Below, piece by piece: positions 62,304 to 64,000 of a stretch of 64,000 nt of DNA; the first letter of the stretch is position 1; each line of letters opens with the position of its first letter. Both the position numbers and the translations under genes were made by a program. The notes beneath the pieces were generated by a model. It had not been told where the DNA came from, made no database searches, and saw only the letters and a program-made list of their open reading frames with translations. The DNA is from Mobula hypostoma (lineage: Eukaryota). The DNA lies in NCBI RefSeq assembly GCF_963921235.1, contig NC_086109.1, forward strand, positions 25,670,001-25,734,000. The letters are read 5' to 3'.

Positions 62304-64000
62304 TTGTGTGTCAATGCAAGGAGCATTCGTAATAAGGTGGATGAATTGAAAGTGCAGATTGTTATTAATGATTATGATATAGTTGGGATCACAGAGACAT
62401 GGCTCCAGGGTGACCAAGGATGGGAGCTCAATGTTCAGGGATATTCAATATTCAGGAGGGATAGACATGAAGGAAGGGGGGGTGGGGTGGCGTTGCTGGT
62501 TAAAGAAGAGATTAACGCAATAGAAAGGAAGGACATAAGCCGGGAAGATGTGGAATCGATATGGGTAGAGCTGCGTAACACTAAGGGGCAGAAGACGCTG
62601 GTGGGAGTTGTGTACAGGCCACCTAACAGTAGTAGTGAGGTTCGAGATGGTATTAAACAGGAAATTAGAAATGTGTGCAATAAAGGAACAGCAGTTATAA
62701 TGGGTGACTTCAATCTACATGTAGATTGGGTGAACCAAATTGGTAAAGGTGCTGAGGAAGAGGATTTCTTGGAATGTATGCAGGATGGTTTTTTGAACCA
62801 ACATGTCGAGGAACCAACTAGAGATCAGACTATTCTGGACTGGGTTTTGAGCAATGAGGAAGGGTTAATTAGCAATCTTGTCGTGAGAGGCCCCTTGGGT
62901 AAGAGTGACCATAATATGGTGGAATTCTTCATTAGGATGGAGAGTGACATAGATAATTCAGAAACAAAGGTTCTGAACTTAAAGAGGGGTAACTTTGAAG
63001 GTATGAGACGTGAATTAGCTAAGATAGACTGGCAAATGACACTTAAAGGATTGACGATGGATATGCAATGGCAAGCATTTAAAGGTTGCATGGATGAACT
63101 ACAACAATTGTTCATCCCAGTTTGGCAAAAGAATAAATCAAGGAAGGTAGTGCACCCATGACTGACAAGAGAAATTAGGGATAGTATCAATTCCAAAGAA
63201 GAAGCATACAAATTAGCCAGAGAAAGTGGCTCACCTGAGGACTGGGAGAAATTCAGAGTTCAGCAGAGGAGGACAAAGGGCTTAATTAGGAAGGGGAAAA
63301 AAGATTATGAGAGAAAACTGGCAGGGAACATAAAAACTGACTGTAAAAGCTTTTATAGATATGTAAAAAGGAAAAGTAAAGACAAATGTAGGTCCGCTAC
63401 AGACAGAAACAGGTGAATTAATTATGGGGAGCAAGGACATGGCAGACCAATTGAATAATTACTTTGGTTCTGTCTTCACTAAGGAGGACATAAATAATCT
63501 TCCAGAAATAGTAGGGGACAGAGGGTCCAGTGAGATGGAGGAACTGAGCAAAATACTTGTTAGTAGGGAAGTGGTGTTAGGTAAATTGAAGGGATTGAAG
63601 GCAGATAAATCCCCAGCGCCAGATGGTCTGCATCCTAGAGTGCTTAAGGAAGTAGCCCAAGAAATAGTGGATGCATTAGTGATAATTTTTCAAAACTTGT
63701 TAGATTCTGGACTAGATCCTGAGGATTGGAGGGTGGCTAATGTAACCCCACTTTTTAAAAAAGGAGGGAGAGAGAAACCGGGGAATTATAGACCAGTTAG
63801 CCTAACGTTGGTGGTGGGGAACTGCTGGAGTCAGTTATCAAAGATGTGATAACAGCACATTTGGAAAGCGGTGAAATCATCGGACAAAGTCAGCATGGAT
63901 TTGTGAAAGGAAAATCATGTCTGACGAATCTCATAGAATTTTTTGAGGATGTAACTAGTAGAGTGGATAGGGGAGAACCAGTGGATGTGGTATATTTGGA
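62304..64000 (+). pseudogene. CR1 ORF2: APE endonuclease + N-terminal RT, disrupted
   Basis: NARSIRNK, ITETWL, RGGGV, YRPP, GDFN, LDWV, SDH; stop at 63159 and a frameshift near 63820. Confidence 0.92.

Larger units (their letters stand above)
61108..64000 (+). mobile_element. Near full-length young CR1 LINE (runs off window end)
   Basis: ORF1, then APE endonuclease, then start of RT; 63362-64000 is nearly identical to 4450-5090. Confidence 0.96.

Overview
This is vertebrate genomic DNA, most likely from a cartilaginous fish (shark or ray); that call is an inference from the HE1/V-SINE-like, Deu-SINE-like, CR1, Rex/Babar and Penelope repeat content. Roughly half the window is nested retrotransposon debris: CR1 LINEs (one young family in two near-identical copies), GIY-YIG Penelope-like elements (PLEs), Rex1/Babar-type LINEs, tRNA-SINEs, an old RTE, a solo LTR and a Tc1 remnant. 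The only host-gene candidate is a CpG-rich first coding exon at 33096-33384 (+) that resembles exon 1 of the ALX3 homeobox gene; it lies within broad CpG-retaining domains and I found no downstream exon. The most striking hidden structure is a minimal type-I hammerhead ribozyme motif (CUGAUGA-stem II-GAAAC-GUC, with a palindromic loopless stem III) in the PLE 3' end, present in about 18 intact or decayed copies. Between 43 and 54 kb there is a cluster of fold-back (hairpin) PLE-derived insertions, several with clear target-site duplications (TSDs), which carry the ribozyme either in the hairpin loop or in both polarities. Most short ORFs in the supplied track are spurious or repeat-derived. 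All family names come from motif recognition, not database searches.
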